Positions 57,587-57,951 of a DNA stretch of 57,951 nucleotides are shown here, piece by piece. Position 1 is the stretch's first letter, and each line of letters begins with the position of its first letter. Location: positions 1 to 57,951 of the forward strand of contig DXJF01000149.1 of the NCBI GenBank assembly GCA_019057375.1. The letters are read 5' to 3'. Position numbers and translations under genes: made by a program. The notes below the pieces were generated by a model, which was not told the DNA's origin, did no database searches, and worked only from the letters and a program-made list of their open reading frames with translations. Origin of the DNA: Candidatus Heimdallarchaeota archaeon (GTDB lineage Archaea > Asgardarchaeota > Heimdallarchaeia > Heimdallarchaeales > Heimdallarchaeaceae).

Positions 57587-57951
57587 CTACTTAGCTTCCT
57601 CCTTACTTTTGGCTAACAAATTCTTAGCCTCTTTGTTCATAGCTTCAGCAGTGGCAGGACCAATTCCTGGGACTTTGGAAAGATCTTCAACTGTAGCTTT
57701 AGCAATTTTATCGACTGTGTTGAAACCATTTTCTTTGAGAAGCATTGCTGTTTTAGCACCAATACCTTTAATCGATGAAATATCAGCTTTTGGTGCAATA
57801 GGTATTTTCTCTGCAGGTTTCTTAACAGGAGGTTTTTTCTTTGGTGCAGCTTCAGGTGCCGCTTTAGGTTTGACTTCAGCTTTTGGTTTAACTTCAGCTT
57901 TTGGTTTAACTTCAGCTTTTGGTTTAACTTCAGCTTTTGGTTTAACTTCAG
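57587..57951 (-). CDS. 3' part of an upstream gene (probably uS4, by synteny) ending in AEVKPK repeats and a helix-hairpin-helix domain
   Basis: Manual translation: (AEVKPK)n...[53 protein letters not shown]...stop at 57587-57589. The uS4 core is outside the window. Confidence 0.6.
   Translation of the reverse strand, partial: EVKPKAEVKPKAEVKPKAEVKPKAEVKPKAAPEAAPKKKPPVKKPAEKIPIAPKADISSIKGIGAKTAMLLKENGFNTVDKIAKATVEDLSKVPGIGPATAEAMNKEAKNLLAKSKEEAK
57873..57951. repeat. 18-bp coding tandem repeat (acttcagcttttggttta x4.4, truncated by window end)
   Basis: Exact units at 57873, 57891, 57909 and 57927, partial unit at 57945; encodes AEVKPK. Confidence 0.9.

Noticed and set aside
166-57594. Many 60-190 aa ORFs antisense to or overlapping longer genes (e.g. 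29252-29818, 43777-44100, 57053-57496, 57310-57594)
   Set aside because: Shadow frames of well-supported genes with biased codon content; no motifs or independent start signals.
57873-57951. 18-bp repeats as a CRISPR array
   Set aside because: Head-to-tail copies without spacers, in frame within a coding sequence.
1-57951. tRNA, rRNA or CRISPR loci
   Set aside because: No GC-rich structured stretch, T-loop (GTTCRA) cloverleaf or repeat-spacer array was found by eye; a tRNAscan/Infernal run was not possible.

Overview
AT-rich, densely coding archaeal chromosome segment. The marker genes are archaeal: aIF2-gamma, Rpo7, Spt4, eS24, eS31, uS11, RadA, a PolB1-type polymerase, archaeal TPI and a preQ0/archaeosine operon. 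Several eukaryotic-signature proteins (two Rab-like GTPases, roadblock/LC7, an E2 ubiquitin-conjugating enzyme, a gelsolin-like domain) point to an Asgard archaeon, probably Heimdallarchaeia-like; this is inferred from gene content only. No rRNA, tRNA or CRISPR array was seen. Three things stand out. (1) A 2.3-kb cassette directly downstream of rps11 is bounded by a duplicated copy of the rps11 3' end (21/23 nt) and its terminator. It encodes an intronless Kruppel-type array of 8 zinc fingers fused to a PD-(D/E)xK nuclease-like domain, i.e. a candidate natural zinc-finger nuclease, plus a second PD-(D/E)xK protein. (2) A large (646-codon) TnpB/Cas12f-like gene has one in-frame TGA, a D-E-H RuvC site and 3' hairpins. 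(3) A 9-kb operon combines an HD protein, a homoisocitrate-dehydrogenase-like enzyme, two different LeuC/HacA-type hydratases and an ATP-citrate-lyase-like pair, suggesting an undescribed ATP-coupled (homo)citrate pathway. All family assignments come from motifs recognised by eye; no database searches were run.
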